Shown here piece by piece: positions 34,977-47,761 of a DNA stretch of 64,000 nucleotides (position 1 is the first letter of the stretch; each line of letters begins with the position of its first letter). The position numbers and the translations under genes were made by a program. A model generated the notes under the pieces. The model saw only the letters and a list, made by a program, of their open reading frames with translations, ran no database searches and was not told where the DNA came from. Source of the DNA: Scyliorhinus canicula (taxonomy: Eukaryota); contig NC_052161.1 of assembly GCF_902713615.1 (NCBI RefSeq), positions 69,027,424-69,091,423 of the forward strand. The letters are read 5' to 3'.

Positions 34977-37500
34977 ACCCCGGCCTGCTCGGTCCCTGCG
35001 CCGCCCCGGCCTGCTCGGTCCCTGCGCCGCCCCGGCCTGCTCGGTCCCTGCGCCGCCCCGGCCTGCTCGGTCCCTGCGCCGCCCCGGCCTGCTCGGTCCC
35101 TGCGCCGCCCCGGCCTGCTCGGTCCCTGCGCCGCCCCGGCCTGCTCGGTCCCTGCGCCGCCCCGGCCTGCTCGGTCCCTGCGCCGCCCCGGCCTGCTCGG
35201 TCCCTGCGCCGCCCCGGCCTGCTCGGTCCCTGCGCCGCCCCGGCCTGCTCGGTCCCTGCGCCGCCCCGGCCTGCTCGGTCCCTGCGCCGCCCCGGCCTGC
35301 TCGGTCTCAGTGCCGCCCCGGCCTGCTCGGTCCCTGCGCCGCCCCGGCCTGCTCGGTCCCTGCGCCGCCCCGGCCTGCTCGGTCCCTGCGCCGCCCCGGC
35401 CTGCTCGGTCTCAGTGCTGCCCCGGCCTGCTCGGTCCCTGCGCCGCCCCGGCCTGCTCGGTCCCTGCGCCGCCCCGGCCTGCTCGATCCCTGTGCCGCCC
35501 CGGCCTGCTCGGTCTCTGTGCCGCCCCGGCCTGCTCGGTCCCTGCGCCGCCCCGGCCTGCTCGGTCCCTGCGCCGCCCCGGCCTGCTCGATCCCTGTGCC
35601 GCCCCGGCCTGCTCGGTCTCTGTGCCGCCCCGGCCTGCTCGGTCTGCTCGGTCCCTGCGCCGCCCCGGCCTGCTCGGTCCCTGCGCCGCCCCAGCCTGCT
35701 CGGTCCCTGCGCCGCCCCGGCCTGCTCGGCCTGCTCGGTCCCTGCGCCGCCCCGGCCTGCTCGGTCCCTGCGCCGCCCCGGCCTGCTCGGTCCCTGCGCC
35801 GCCCCGGCCTGCTCGGTCCCTGCGCCGCCCCAGCCAGCTCGGTCCCTGCGCCGCCCCGGCCTGCTCGGTCTCTGTGCCGCCCCAGCCAGCTCGATCCCTG
35901 TGCCGCCCCGGCCTGCTCGGTCTCTGTGCCGCCCCGGCCTGCTCGGTCCCTGCGCCGCCCCGGCCTGCTCGGTCCCTGCGCCGCCCCAGCCTGCTCGGTC
36001 TGCTCGGTCCCTGCGCCGCCCCGGCCTGCTCGGTCCCTGCGCCGCCCCGGCCTGCTCGGTCCCTGCGCCGCCCCGGCCTGCTCGGTCCCTGCGCCGCCCC
36101 GGCCTGCTCGGTCCCTGCGCCGCCCCGGCCTGCTCGGTCTCTGAGCCGCCCCGGCCTGCTCGGTCCCTGCGCCGCCCCGGCCTGCTCGGTCCCTGCGCCG
36201 CCCCGGCCTGCTCGGTCCCTGCGCCGCCCCGGCCTGCTCGGTCCCTGCGCCGCCCCAGCCAGCTCGGTCCCTGCGCCGCCCCGGCCTGCTCGGTCCCTGC
36301 GCCGCCCCGGCCTGCTCGGTCCCTGCGCCGCCCCGGCCTGCTCGGTCTCTGAGCCGCCCCGGCCTGCTCGGTCCCTGCGCCGCCCCGGCCTGCTCGGTCC
36401 CTGCGCCGCCCCGGCCTGCTCGGTCCCTGCGCCGCCCCGGCCTGCTCGGTCCCTGCGCCGCCCCAGCCAGCTCGGTCCCTGCGCCGCCCCGGCCTGCTCG
36501 GTCCCTGCGCCGCCCCGGCCTGCTCGGTCCCTGCGCCGCCCCAGCCTGCTCGGTCCCTGCGCCTCCCCGGCCTGCTCGGTCCCTGCGCCGCCCCGGCCTG
36601 CTCGGTCCCTGTGCTGCCCCAGCCAGCTCGATCTCTCTGCCGCCCCAGCCAGCTCGGTCCCTGCGCCGCCCCGGCCTGCTCGGTCTCTGAGCCGCCCCGG
36701 CCTGCTCGGTCTCTGAGCCGCCCCGGCCTGCTCGGTCCCTGCGCCGCCCCGGCCTGCTCGGTCCCTGCGCCGCCCCGGCCTGCTCGGTCCCTGCGCCGCC
36801 CCGGCCTGCTCGGTCTCTGAGCCGCCCCGGCCTGCTCGGTCCCTGTGCTGCCCCAGCCAGCTCGGTCTGCTCGGTCTCTGTGCTGCCCCAGCCAGCTCGG
36901 TCTGCTCGGTCTCTGTGCTGCCCCAGCCAGCTCGATCTCTCTGCCGCCCCAGCCAGCTCGGTCTGCTCGGTCTCTCTGCCGCCCCAGCCTGCTCGGTCCC
37001 TGCGCCTCCCCAGCCAGCTCGGTCCCTGCGCCGCCCCGGCCTGCTCGGTCCCTGCGCCGCCCCGGCCTGCTCGGTCCCTGCGCCGCCCCAGCCAGCTCGG
37101 TCTCTGCGCTGCCCCAGCCAGCTCGGTCTCTGCGCTGCCCCAGCCAGCTCGGTCTGCTCGGTCTCTGTGCTGCCCCAGCCAGCTCGATCCCTGTGCCGCC
37201 CCAGCCAGCTCGGTCTCTCTGCCGCCCCAGCCAGCTCGGTCTGCTCGGTCTCTCTGCCGCCCCAGCCAGCTCGGTCTGCTCGGTCTCTCTGCCGCCCCAG
37301 CCAGCTCGGTCTGCTCGGTCTCTCTGCCGCCCCAGCCAGCTCGGTCTGCTCTGTCTCTGTGCCGCCCCGACCTCCTCGGTCTCTGCGCCACCCTGGCCGG
37401 CTTGGTCTGCTCTGTCACTGCACCACCCCAGCCAGTCCGCTCCCTGCGCCGCCCCAGCCAGCTCGGTCTCGGTCTCTGCACCGCCCTGGCCTACTCGCTG
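34977..37500. repeat. 26-bp CpG-rich minisatellite, ~2.5 kb
   Basis: Unit CGGCCTGCTCGGTCCCTGCGCCGCCC, homogeneous at the left and increasingly variant to the right. Confidence 0.97.
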
Positions 37501-38492
37501 CCTGCTCCGTCCCGACCTACCGCATGCGGGGCATGCGGTGCTTTAAGGTTGGGCGCAGATTTACTGATTAGAGGGTTCAATGGGGGGGAGGGCTCACCAG
37601 CAGATGAGCTGAGGCGGGGTGAAGTCGGGCGATATTAAGTTCGGAACTAAGGAACAAATATAGAATATAAAACTCTTGATTGTGGACTGTGTGTGCTGGT
37701 CCCAGATGGACAGAAGTCTGGCAGATCCCATGGAATTTCCTGGCCGACATCCATTTGCAAGCTTTTTGTTTTACAATCCGCCATGTGTCAAGTAAGATGA
37801 TCCCACGTTAGAATAATGGCTGCAGAGTACCTGGTCGGAGGCTTGGGATTCCCCATGTATTTTCAGTGTTGTAATCGGTCTGTCTTATTTTTATATTTCA
37901 GCAGAAACATTTCTACACATGGTACAGTGGCCAAATAATGGCAGCTTTGCTGACGGTGAAACCCAGTGTACAGTGAGAATTATGTTGCCATTGAATGCTC
38001 TTTGTATTTCAGTTAGACTTAAGTCACATTAATTCATGGCTTATTTCTTTCCAGTCTAGTGTTACGTGCAACAACATTGCAAATAATGTGGAGAATGTGT
38101 TTTGTTCAAATCTCTGGCCTGATTTTTTTGTAATAGACACAAGCCGATTACCCCTGACAATGCACAGACTGAGACAGAGGCAATAATATTGCTAATGGGG
38201 TCAAAGTTACTCTGTGCAGAACAGAATGAAGTTCTAAAGCAGCAACAATGATTTATAGAGTACCTTTCACGTCATGAAACATCCCAAGGCACTTCCTTAT
38301 GAAATAAATTCCCATAAGGAGATGTAAGGTCAGACTAGATTGGAAGCGGTCAGTTTTAAGAGGAAATTGAGCCAGAGGCGGAGAGGTTTAGGGAGGGAAT
38401 TCCAGAGGTTACGATCCAGGCAACTGAAGCATGGCAACCAATGGTGGAGCAGTTAAAATGCTGCCTTTTCAGCTGCTGCATAGGAACAGTCC

Positions 38493-39650
38493 TCATGTCT
38501 ATTAGATACCTGCATCTTCCACCAGCGCATGTCTATTAGATACCTGCATCTTACACCAGCGCATGTCTATTAGATACCTGCATCTCCCACCAACGCATGT
38601 CTATTAGATACCTGCATCCCTCACCAGCGCATGTCCATTAGATACTCACACCTTTGAGGGCAGCATGATGGCGCAGTGGTTAGCATTGCTGCCTCACAGT
38701 TCCGAGGTCTCGGGTTCGATCCCGGCCACAGGTCACTGTCCGTGTGGAGTTTGCACATTCTCATCGTGTCTGCGTGGGTCTCACCCCCACAACTCAAATA
38801 TGTGTAGGCTAGGTGGATTGGCCACACTAAATTGCCCCTTAATTGGAAAAAATGAATTTGATACCCTCAATTTATTTTTTAAAAAGATACACCTTCTACC
38901 AGCGAAAGTCACCTAGATACCCGCTCCTTCCGACAGTGCATGTCCCCTAGATACCCGCTCCTTCAACCAGCGCATGTCCTCTAGATGCCCACTCCTTCCG
39001 ACAGTGCATGTCCCATAGATACCCACTCCTTCCACCAGCGCATGTCCCATAGATACCCGCTCCTTCCACCAGCGCATGTCCCATAGATACCCGCTCCTTC
39101 CGACAGTGCATGTCCCATAGATACCGGCACCTTCAACCAGCGCCTGTCCCCTAGATACCCGCTCCTTCCGACAGTGCATGTCCCATAGATACCCGCTCCT
39201 TCCGACAGTGCATGTCCCATAGATACCCACTCCTTCCACCAGCGCATGTCCCCTAGATACCCGTTCCTTCCGACAGTGCATGTCCCATAGATACCCGTTC
39301 CTTCCGACAGTGCATGTCCCATAGATACCGGCACCTTCAACCAGCGCATGTCCCCTAGATACCCGCTCCTTCAACTAACGCATGTCCTCTAGATACCCGC
39401 TCCTTCCGACAGTTCATGTCCCATAGATACCCACTCCTTCCACCAGCGCATGTGCCCTAGATACCCGCTCCTTTTGCCAGTTCATGTCCCCTAGATACCT
39501 GCTCCTTTCCACAGCGCATGTCCCCTAGATACCCACTGCTTCGCCAGCGCATGTCCCCGGGATACCTGCTCCTTTCTCCAGCGCATGTCCCCTAGATACC
39601 CACTGCTTCGCCAGCGCATGTCCCCTAGATTCCCGCTCCTTCCACTAACA
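38493..39650. repeat. 34-bp minisatellite interrupted by a V-SINE
   Basis: Unit TAGATACCCGCTCCTTCC(GACAGT/ACCAGC)GCATGTCCC(A/C). About 5 units precede and ~22 follow the SINE at 38658-38885. Confidence 0.93.
38658..38885 (+). mobile_element. Short V-SINE (A/T-rich tail subtype)
   Basis: Head, V-core and tail AATTGCCCCTTAATTGGAAAAAATGAATT. Confidence 0.85.
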
Positions 39651-40021
39651 TAGATGCGGTGTCACCACTGACATCATTGTTGTACTTTCTTTGATCACCG
39701 CTCTCTCTGTATCTCCCCTCCACTTGGCCGCTCCCTATTGACACCTCACCACCTCACTCGCTGCCTCACTCCTCAGCTTTCGCTACCCAACTCATTACCC
39801 CTCGTCCCCTGAGCTCCCCTCAGGAAAGAGATAGTATGGGGTTAGAACTACAGTGGTGAGCAGGATGGCATGGGGCCAGGTGACTGGTGATGAATGCTGC
39901 GGAGAAGGCAGGCGAAGGCTGGAGAGTGGGGTGGAGAGGGATCAGGATAGGGTGGCGAGGAGTCATGTGACCGGGAGGTGCTGAGTGGTGCAGCAAGGAG
40001 GAGGCTCAAGAGGCCTTGATT

Positions 40022-40505
40022 TTATTTTTAAAATATTTTTTTATTCTCCTTTTTCACATTTTCTCCCAAATTTACACCCAACAATAATCAGTAATGAATG
40101 TAATGTCGATCCCCATATCAATAACAACAATCCCATCCTCCCACCAAACCCCCAAACATTAGCCCGCATGTTAACATAAACAAATGATAGAAAGGAATCA
40201 GGAATCACCCATAGTCACCATTAACACAAACAGTCCCCCTCCCCCCAACCCTCCCAGCCCCCAACCCCCCTAATGTTCAATGTGATCCAATTCTCGATAG
40301 TGTATAATGAATAACGCCCATGAATTGTGGAACCCCATCCTTCCCTTCAGTTCAAATTGGACCTTTTCAAGCGTTAAGAATTCCAGCAGGTTCCCCCCGC
40401 CACGCCAGGGCACAGGGTGGAGAGGTTGATCTCTATCCTAACAGGATCCGCCTTCGGGCGATTAACGAGGTGAAGTCTACAACATCTGCCTCCTCGCCCG
40501 TTTAG
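40022..40505 (-). mobile_element. 5'-truncated L1 3' fragment
   Basis: T-rich tail at 40022, poly-C tracts and ORF2 C-terminal homology. TSD GAGGCCTTGATT at 40010-40021 and 40506-40517. Confidence 0.82.
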
Positions 40506-40531
40506 GAGGCCTTGATTAAAGGAGCGCAGTT

Positions 40532-40876
40532 ATAGAACATAGAACAGTACAGCACAGAACAGGCCCTTCGGCCCTCGATGTTGTGCCGAGCAATGATCAC
40601 CCTACTCAAACCCACATATCCACCCTATACCCGTAACCCAAGAACCCCCCCTTAACCTTACTTTTTTTAGGACACTACGGGCAATTTAGCATGGCCAATC
40701 CACCTAACCCGCACATCTTTAGACTGTGGGAGGAAACCGGAGCACTCGGAGGAAACCCACGCACACACGGGGAGGACGTGCAGACTCCGCACAGACAGTG
40801 ACCCAGCCGGGAATCGAACCTGGGACCCTGGAGCTGTGAAGCATTTATGCTAACCACCATGCTACCGTGCTGCCCC
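40532..40876 (-). mobile_element. Full-length young V-SINE with CR1-shared tail
   Basis: Near-identical to 29702-30045. Confidence 0.92.
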
Positions 40877-40955
40877 GGAGGATTGTGGGGAAGGTAGAGA
40901 TTCCAGCGATAAGGAGGGACAAGGCTGTGGGGAGACTTAGAAATAAGATCGAGAA

Positions 40956-43310
40956 GGATAGAGGACTGTGTGCCAGGGGTTGTGCATGAGGACCAGACAG
41001 GTTTTGTGAAGGGAAGGCAGCTGAACAAGAATGTGCGGAGATTGCTGAATGTCATTATGATGCCGCCGATTGAGGGGGAGGCAGAGATAGTGGTAGCGCT
41101 GGATGCGGAGAAGGCCTTCGATAGAGTGGAGTGGGGGTACCTATGGGAGGTGTTGGGGAGGTTTGGATTTGGTGAAGGGTTCATTAGATGGGTAAGGCTG
41201 CTATACGAGGCCCCGATGGCGTGCGTGGCCACGAATAGGAGGAGGTCGGAGTACTTCCGGCTTTACCGAGGGACCAGGCAGGCTTGCCCCTTGTCCCCCT
41301 TGTTGTTTGCACTGGCAATCGAGCCGCTGGCGACGGCATTGAGAGATTCAGAGAGGTGGAGAGGCTTGGTGCGAGGTGGAGAGGAACATAGGGTGTCGTT
41401 GTATGCCGATGACCTGTTACTGTATGTGGCAGACCCGGTGGGAGGGATGCCGAGAGTGATGGAGTTACTAGCCGAGTTTGGGACCTTCTCAGGTTATAAA
41501 TTAAACTTAGGCAAGAGCGAGGTGTTTGTGGTGCACCCTGGAGACCAGGAGGAAGGAATTGGTAGGCTCCCGCTTAGGCGGGCAGGGGAGAGCTTTAGGT
41601 ACCTGGGGGCGCAAGTGGCCAGGGACTGGGGGACTCTCCACAAGCATAACTTTACCAGACTGGTAGATCAGATGGAGGAGGAGTTCAGGAGGTGGGACAT
41701 GCTGCCATTGTCGTTGGCGGGGAGAGTGCAGTCCGTCAAAAGTGCTTCCGAGGTTCTTGTTCCTTTTTCAGTGCCTGCCCATATTTATCCCCAGGGCCTT
41801 CTTTAGGAGAGTGACCGGCAGTATTCTGAGCTTTGTGTGGGCACATGGGACTCCGAGAGTGAGGAGGGTATTCCTGGAGCGAGGAAGGGATAGAGGCGGG
41901 CTGGCGCTGCCCAACCTTCTGGGGTACTATTGGGCAGCCAATGTGTCAATGGTGCGTAAATGGGTGATGGAGGGGGGAGGGGCGGCGTGGAAAAGAATGG
42001 AGATGGCGTCATGTAGAGGTACAAGCCTGGGTGCCATGGTAACGGCACCGTTGCCGCTCTCCCCCAAGAGGGTTACCACGAGCCCGGTGGTGGCGGCGAC
42101 CCTAAGAATCTGGGGACAGTGGAGACGGCATCGGGGGGAAACAGGGGGCTCGATGGAGGCTCCACTGGGTGGCAACCATCGGTTCATCCCGAGGAACACG
42201 GATGGGGGATTCAGGGGATGGCAAAGGGCGGGCATCAGCAAATTGAGGGACCTGTTTATTGGCGGGAGGTTTGCGGGCCTGGGGGAACTGGAAGATAAAT
42301 TTGGCCTTCCCCAGGGGAACATGTTCAGATACCTGCAGGTAAAGGCGTTTGCTAGGCGACAGGTAGAGGGATTCCCTTTGCTGCCCTCGCAGGGGACGAT
42401 GGACAGAGTGCTTTCGGGGGTGTGGGTAGGAGAGGGGAAGGTGTCTGACATCTATAAGGTAATGCAGGAGGTGGAGGAGTCGTCAGTGGAGGAGCTGAAG
42501 GCTAAATGGGAGGAGGAACTCGGGGAGCAGATAGAGGACGGGACTTGGGCGGAGGCCTTGGAGAGAGTCAACTCCTCCTCCTCATGTGCAAGGCTTAGTC
42601 TCATCCAATTTAAGGTGCTGCACCGGGCCCATATGTCCGGGACTAGGATGAGTAGGTTCTTCGGGGGTGAGGACAGGTGCACCAGATGTTCGGGGAGTCC
42701 TGCGAACCACGCCCATATGTTCTGGGCATGCCCAGCACTGGAAGAATTCTGGAAGGGGGTGGCGGGGACGGTGTCGAGGGTGGTTGGATCCAGGGTCAAA
42801 CCAGGGTGGGGACTCGCGATTTTTGGGGTTGGGGTGGAGCCGGGAGTGCAGGAGGCGAAAGAGGCCGGTGTCCTGGCCTTTGCGTCCCTAGTAGCCCGTC
42901 GAAGGATTCTGTTACAATGGAAGGATGCAAGGCCCCCAAGCGTGGAGACCTGGATCAGTGACATGGCGGGATTTATAAAATTGGAAAAGGTCAAATTTGC
43001 CCTGAGAGGATCAATACAAGGGTTCTATAAACGATGGCAGCCTTTTCTGGACTTCCTGGCTCAGAGATAGGTAACTGGGTCAATAGCAGCAGCAACCCGG
43101 GGGGGGGGGGGGGGGGGGGGGGTGCATTATTGTAGTGTTTATTCTGTAACTTTATAGTGTGTTAATTTGCGTTGTTAAAATGCTGGGTTGTTCATGGGGA
43201 TGGGGCGAATGTATATGATTGTTAGTATTATTGTTATTTTCGGTATTTTACTAAGGTGCGTTATTGTTGTATAAAATCAAAATTTCTCAATAAAAATTAT
43301 TTAAAAAAAA
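40956..43310 (+). mobile_element. Young 5'-truncated L1-clade LINE (RT plus C-terminal CCHC region)
   Basis: ORFs 40970-41806 and 41742-43070 (DQTGF, LDAEKAFD, GTRQACPLSP, YADD, CxxC...H.FW.C) are joined by one frameshift near 41740. Poly-G 3'UTR, AATAAA and A-tail. Perfect 17-bp TSD AGAAATAAGATCGAGAA (40939-40955, 43311-43327) at a TT|AGAA site. Confidence 0.95.
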
Positions 43311-44280
43311 AGAAATAAGATCGAGAATTTTAAAACCAAGATATTGCTTAACTGGGAGCCAATGAAATTGAGTGAGAGGAGTGGGATTAGTAGATAGGGA
43401 ATGGACTTGTAGTGTGGACCGAAGGGTCTGGTTTCAGTTTTCCAAAATTTAATCGGAGAAAATTTCTGCTCTGCGAGTTCAGGTTCGCAGATAAGGAGGG
43501 TGATAACCCAGCAACTTAGTGGAATGTTAGGAGAGGTAATGGTGAGATCGAGCTGGGTGGAGACAGCACACATGCAAAAATAATGCTGTATACCTGTCCA
43601 GTGTCAGCATGTAGATGAAGGGGTGGGGGGCAAAGATAGAACCTGGAGAGGACACCAGAGGTGACGGAGTAGGAAGAGAAGCTAATAAACAGAACATATT
43701 GACCTCCAGTAGCCTAGCTTGCAGGCAAATTATGCCCATGGTTCATTTTCATTAACATTCTCTTTAGGTAAATCACTCTTTGTTGTTGTGTAGCTGTTGC
43801 ATATTTTTCTTATTTTGGTGTGTTTATGAAGTCATGGGGCGGACAGTGAGAAAAGAGGCTATGTTTTAGGATGGAGGAATGATTCTTGTCAAAGCAGATT
43901 GCCTGACTTGGAGAACTTTCACTCAAGAATATTCTGGAACCAGTGGCCCTACCTGGACCCTGAACTATCTGTGTATTTTTCTGAATTGTTAATCTGTTTA
44001 TTATTTTATGGACTATATTTTCAGCTTAGTCAATGTGATCGAAAGAGTTTTTTAAAAATGGAATAAAGTCATTGGTATATTGCCATCCAGGATGTTAAAG
44101 ACTTGGAACCATCATATGGTCATCTTTCTAACACACATGCACAGAAATGTGTTTCTGTCACCCAGAAATGCACCTGCATCTGAATCTGCTACTATGGACA
44201 ACCCTTGACTTTGAAGTTGAACCTGTTTGCAAAACGAAAGATGGAGATTAACGGCCACACTTGCCTTTGACATTGAGAAA

Positions 44281-45149
44281 TGTTACTTGTTTTGCTAAAT
44301 GTGCTTTACACTTAATTGCTCTGTTTTATAACCTTGCTCTAGAGTCGCCAGGTATCTTTATGATACCACCTCGAGGTTCAAGATCAAGTGCTGATCAATA
44401 ACTCAATACACCAGTTAGTAAGGTTCAAATCAAAACACATTTATTATATACACAGTCAATCGCTACTCATGCATAAAATACTACAGAACTAGACTATTTC
44501 TACCACTGAAGGCCAATACTTAGCTTTGGAAAAGGAACCCACTGGGTAAGGGAACAATGGCCTCTCGTTCGATCCTGAGTCTGCAGGCTTCCAGCTGGTA
44601 TGGACTAATGGTTAGGAGTGCCTATCTCATAGCGTGTGTTGACTGGACACTCACTTGTTGGTGCAGATACTAGGCAGGTCTCTGTCAAGGGTTGTTTCGA
44701 GCTGCTGGGAGACCCTGCCAAGAAGGACGAACTGAACTTGGGGACTCTATTTTATAGTCCCCAGGGGTTTTGTGCCCTTATGGGCGGACCCCGTACCTGG
44801 TTCCAATTGATTGGACTAAGTTCTGATCATTTGAATTGATTTCTCCAATACTGGAGCTGTTCCCTGATCGCTGGGCGGTTCCTAAGTGTCCGTTGGCTTC
44901 TTTTGTTTTGGCTCCTGCTGGCGCCGAGGAGTCTGGCTTTACCTCGATTATCTTAACTGTTGCTATTGTTCCCGGGGATCGGTCATCAATATGCAAATGG
45001 TCGTCAGTTTCAGTGCTGTCTGCTTTTCTGCGAGTCTAATATACAGGAAGCTTGGCATTCTGCTTGCTTCCCTGCACCTGCCCATTTTTCCCTGCATTCT
45101 CAGCGAATCTCCATTTTAAGTCGGGAAGTGGCCAACCCAGATGGCTACA
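44281..45149 (-). mobile_element. Solo LTR (869 bp), ERV- or Gypsy-type
   Basis: TGTTAC...GCTACA termini with a perfect 4-bp TSD GAAA (44277-44280, 45150-45153). Minus-strand TATAAAA near 44750 and AATAAA near 44440. Confidence 0.85.
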
Positions 45150-46449
45150 GAAACATCCCGAGTGTTTCATCGGTGTGGAAAGAAAAATGAACAGAAAACC
45201 AAGGAAGGGTGACCAATGGCTCAGCTGAAAAGGTCGATTTGAAGGATGGTCATAACGAATAGGGAAACTAGAGGGGTTTAAATAGGGACTTACAGAACGC
45301 AGGGGCCTAGATGACGGAAGGAACAGCTTCCAATGCAGGGGAATCGATGTGAGGCCAGAGTCTGAAAAAGAGAGTTCAGAGGCAGGGAGGGGGTGGAGGG
45401 GTTTAGAGAGAGGGAGGGAGTAATGCCACAAAATGTTTAATTTGGGGACCAAGGTGACATCTCTGTGAAGTGCCTTGGGATTTTTTTGCCTTGACAAATC
45501 TAGGACCTTATTCTTTGGGAGCTCCTTTTGAAAGCCTTCAGCTGACCTTCACCCTCACTGTTTGACATTTCAGCTTTTCTGTTTTCTATAGCTTCATTTG
45601 GCATTTGGGTTTCGGGAGCCAGGTAAATCCTTAAGAGTTCACAAAACCCCAGAACGGGGGTGGGGGGAGGGCGAGTAATGATGAGGTCTTACATATGTTT
45701 GCTATCATCTGAGGTGTTTTTTCATTCTAAATATTTTTTTCATGGATTTAGCTTTTACTCTATCTCTTGTATTATAAAAGTATTTGCATTTAAATAGGGG
45801 CAGCTTACTCTTCAGTGATGAATAGCTTTTCCTTGCGGAATTACTCGCTGTTTGTTAAATGCTGTGATGATTTTAGTTTAAATATTTGGCACCTTGAATT
45901 GAAAATAATCGACCGCTTTCGACGCTTGGGCCAGCAGAGTGAGTTAAAGATCACTTTGCAGTCTCTCTCTTTTTTCTTCTTTCTCTCAAACGTTACATTT
46001 GGAGGCTTTGGAACGTGGCTCCAGTGACTTGGCGCAATGACTGAACTTTGTGTGGCAGCTCTTTGAAGGATCAGCTGCAGAGACTGGTAATTGGTACGAA
46101 CCTGCACTGTAGATACCTTGCAAGCAAGGGAGATACAGCTTGTTCATCCAGGACACTGTGTGCGATGATCACTTGTGGTTGCACAGTAACCAGTGCTCTC
46201 TTTATCAAACTGCCTTTATCTTGTTTACAGTTAAGCAGACCCCCGCAATTAATTGGTGAGCAGGACTGCATAGTTTGTGCTGATTATTACTTTATCTCCC
46301 TTGTACTTCTAAATTAAAGTTATGAGTTTTGATGGACTTGGATGTAGGGGGAGGGAAGGTAATATGTCATTACCTGATTTCAGTCAGAGCTGTTGGACCT
46401 TCAGTTGCCATGGTTTCTCAGGACAAGATGAGGCAAAACATTCCTGAAA

Positions 46450-46605
46450 AACAGATTACCTCATCATTATCAAATGGTTGTTTGTCAGAGCTTGCTGTGC
46501 CCATGTTGGCTGCTGCATTTCCTACATTTCATTGGGAACGGCCCTTCAAAAAGGCCTCCTCAGATTAAAGCGCTTTGAGAAAGGTACTACACAAATGCAA
46601 GTCTG
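46450..46605 (+). mobile_element. DeuSINE 3' fragment
   Basis: AAACAGATT...TGTTTGT...GCTTGCTGTGC...TTGGCTGCTGCATTTCCTACAT...AAAGCGCTTTG...AAATGCAAGTC. Confidence 0.65.
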
Positions 46606-47259
46606 ATGGCTGTACCAAAGCTCCAAGCATCAAAAGGAAGCCGGTCACTTCCTGTCGGTTTGACCTGATCTCGATAACCTGACCCCTCTCTGAGGTCAGC
46701 AGCCTGCAATCTTAGGTGGGCAGCTTCAACTCACAAAAACAAAACTGCCTCTTAACAATGAGCTCCCAAACAAACTCTGATCGGTGAGATCACTTTCCCA
46801 CGTGGAGACCCAAAGCAGTAAACATAAAGGGATAGACCAGGCTAAACATCACGTCATCAACTAAGCTCCTTATTAGCAGACCCAGCCTACCCATGAGCGT
46901 GAAATCAGCTGGTAGTTTATATTTGGTTGTCATAGCAACATGTGCACAAAAGCACAAACAAATCTGTTTTCAAACACTCTGCCTGCCATTAATAATAACC
47001 ATATGAGGATAGTTTAAGCTTCAGCCTGGTCAATGTAATTCCAAGTAGTTTACAGCGCATTTGTAAAACTGGATTCCCCATCATTTAAATAGAATGTCAC
47101 CCAGAATTGGGCCTTGCACAAGCCGCTTGAGAAAGTTTTTCCATTAGTACTGCAGCTGGCCTACTCGTCATAGTTTAAGGCTGTTTCTTGCGCCAAGAAA
47201 TTGAATTATCCAATAGTTTTAATGAAACAAGGTAAATAACGTAGCAGTGTAGGAATTAT

Positions 47260-47590
47260 GGGTGGCACGGTGGCATAGTGGTTAGCACTGCTGCCTCACA
47301 GCTCCACGCCAGGGGCCAGGGACCCGGGTTCGCTTCTGACCACAACTGACTGTGTGCAGTGTGCTCATTCTCCTCGTGTGTGTGTGTGTGTGGGTTTCCT
47401 CCGGGTGCTCCTGTTTCCTCCCACAGACAAAGATGTGCAGGTTAGATTAATTGGCCATGCTAAATTGCCCCTTAGGGGTGGAGTTGCAGGAATAGGGCAG
47501 GGGATTGGGCCTGGGTAGGGTGCTCTTTCGAAGAGTCAGTGCAGACTCGATGGGCCGAATGGCCTCCTTCTGCACGGTAGGAATTCTATG
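47260..47590 (+). mobile_element. V-SINE
   Basis: Head, V-core, internal (GT)n and CR1-type tail. Confidence 0.85.
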
Positions 47591-47761
47591 AATATTTCAG
47601 TTATCAGCTAATTTGAATTAAGAGACTTTCAAAGGGAAGGGGTAGACTTCCTAAGTAAACACAAAGCCCTTAGATCTCATTGGTTAAAATAATTTCCCCC
47701 TCAATCGATCGGGTCTAAGACTTATTGGAGCTATCGGGCTCCTCGAACTGACTTTGTCATT

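Larger units (their letters stand above)
38240..43680 (-). mobile_element. Old L2-like LINE fragments (38240-38460, ~40877-40955, ~43311-43680) separated by younger insertions
   Basis: L2-like motifs CATCCCAAGGCACTT, GAGAGGTTTAGGGAGGGAATTCCAGAG, GGGAGCCAATG and AGCTGGGTG...AGCA. Confidence 0.5.

Noticed and set aside
34946-37638. Very long ORFs (up to 724 aa) on both strands with 26-aa periodicity
   Set aside because: Artefact of a stop-free 26-bp unit cycling through three frames every 78 bp. There is no codon-level constraint, splice context or protein homology.
38493-39650. Regular 34-bp repeats resembling a CRISPR array
   Set aside because: The units are contiguous with no unique spacers, there are no cas genes, and the context is eukaryotic.
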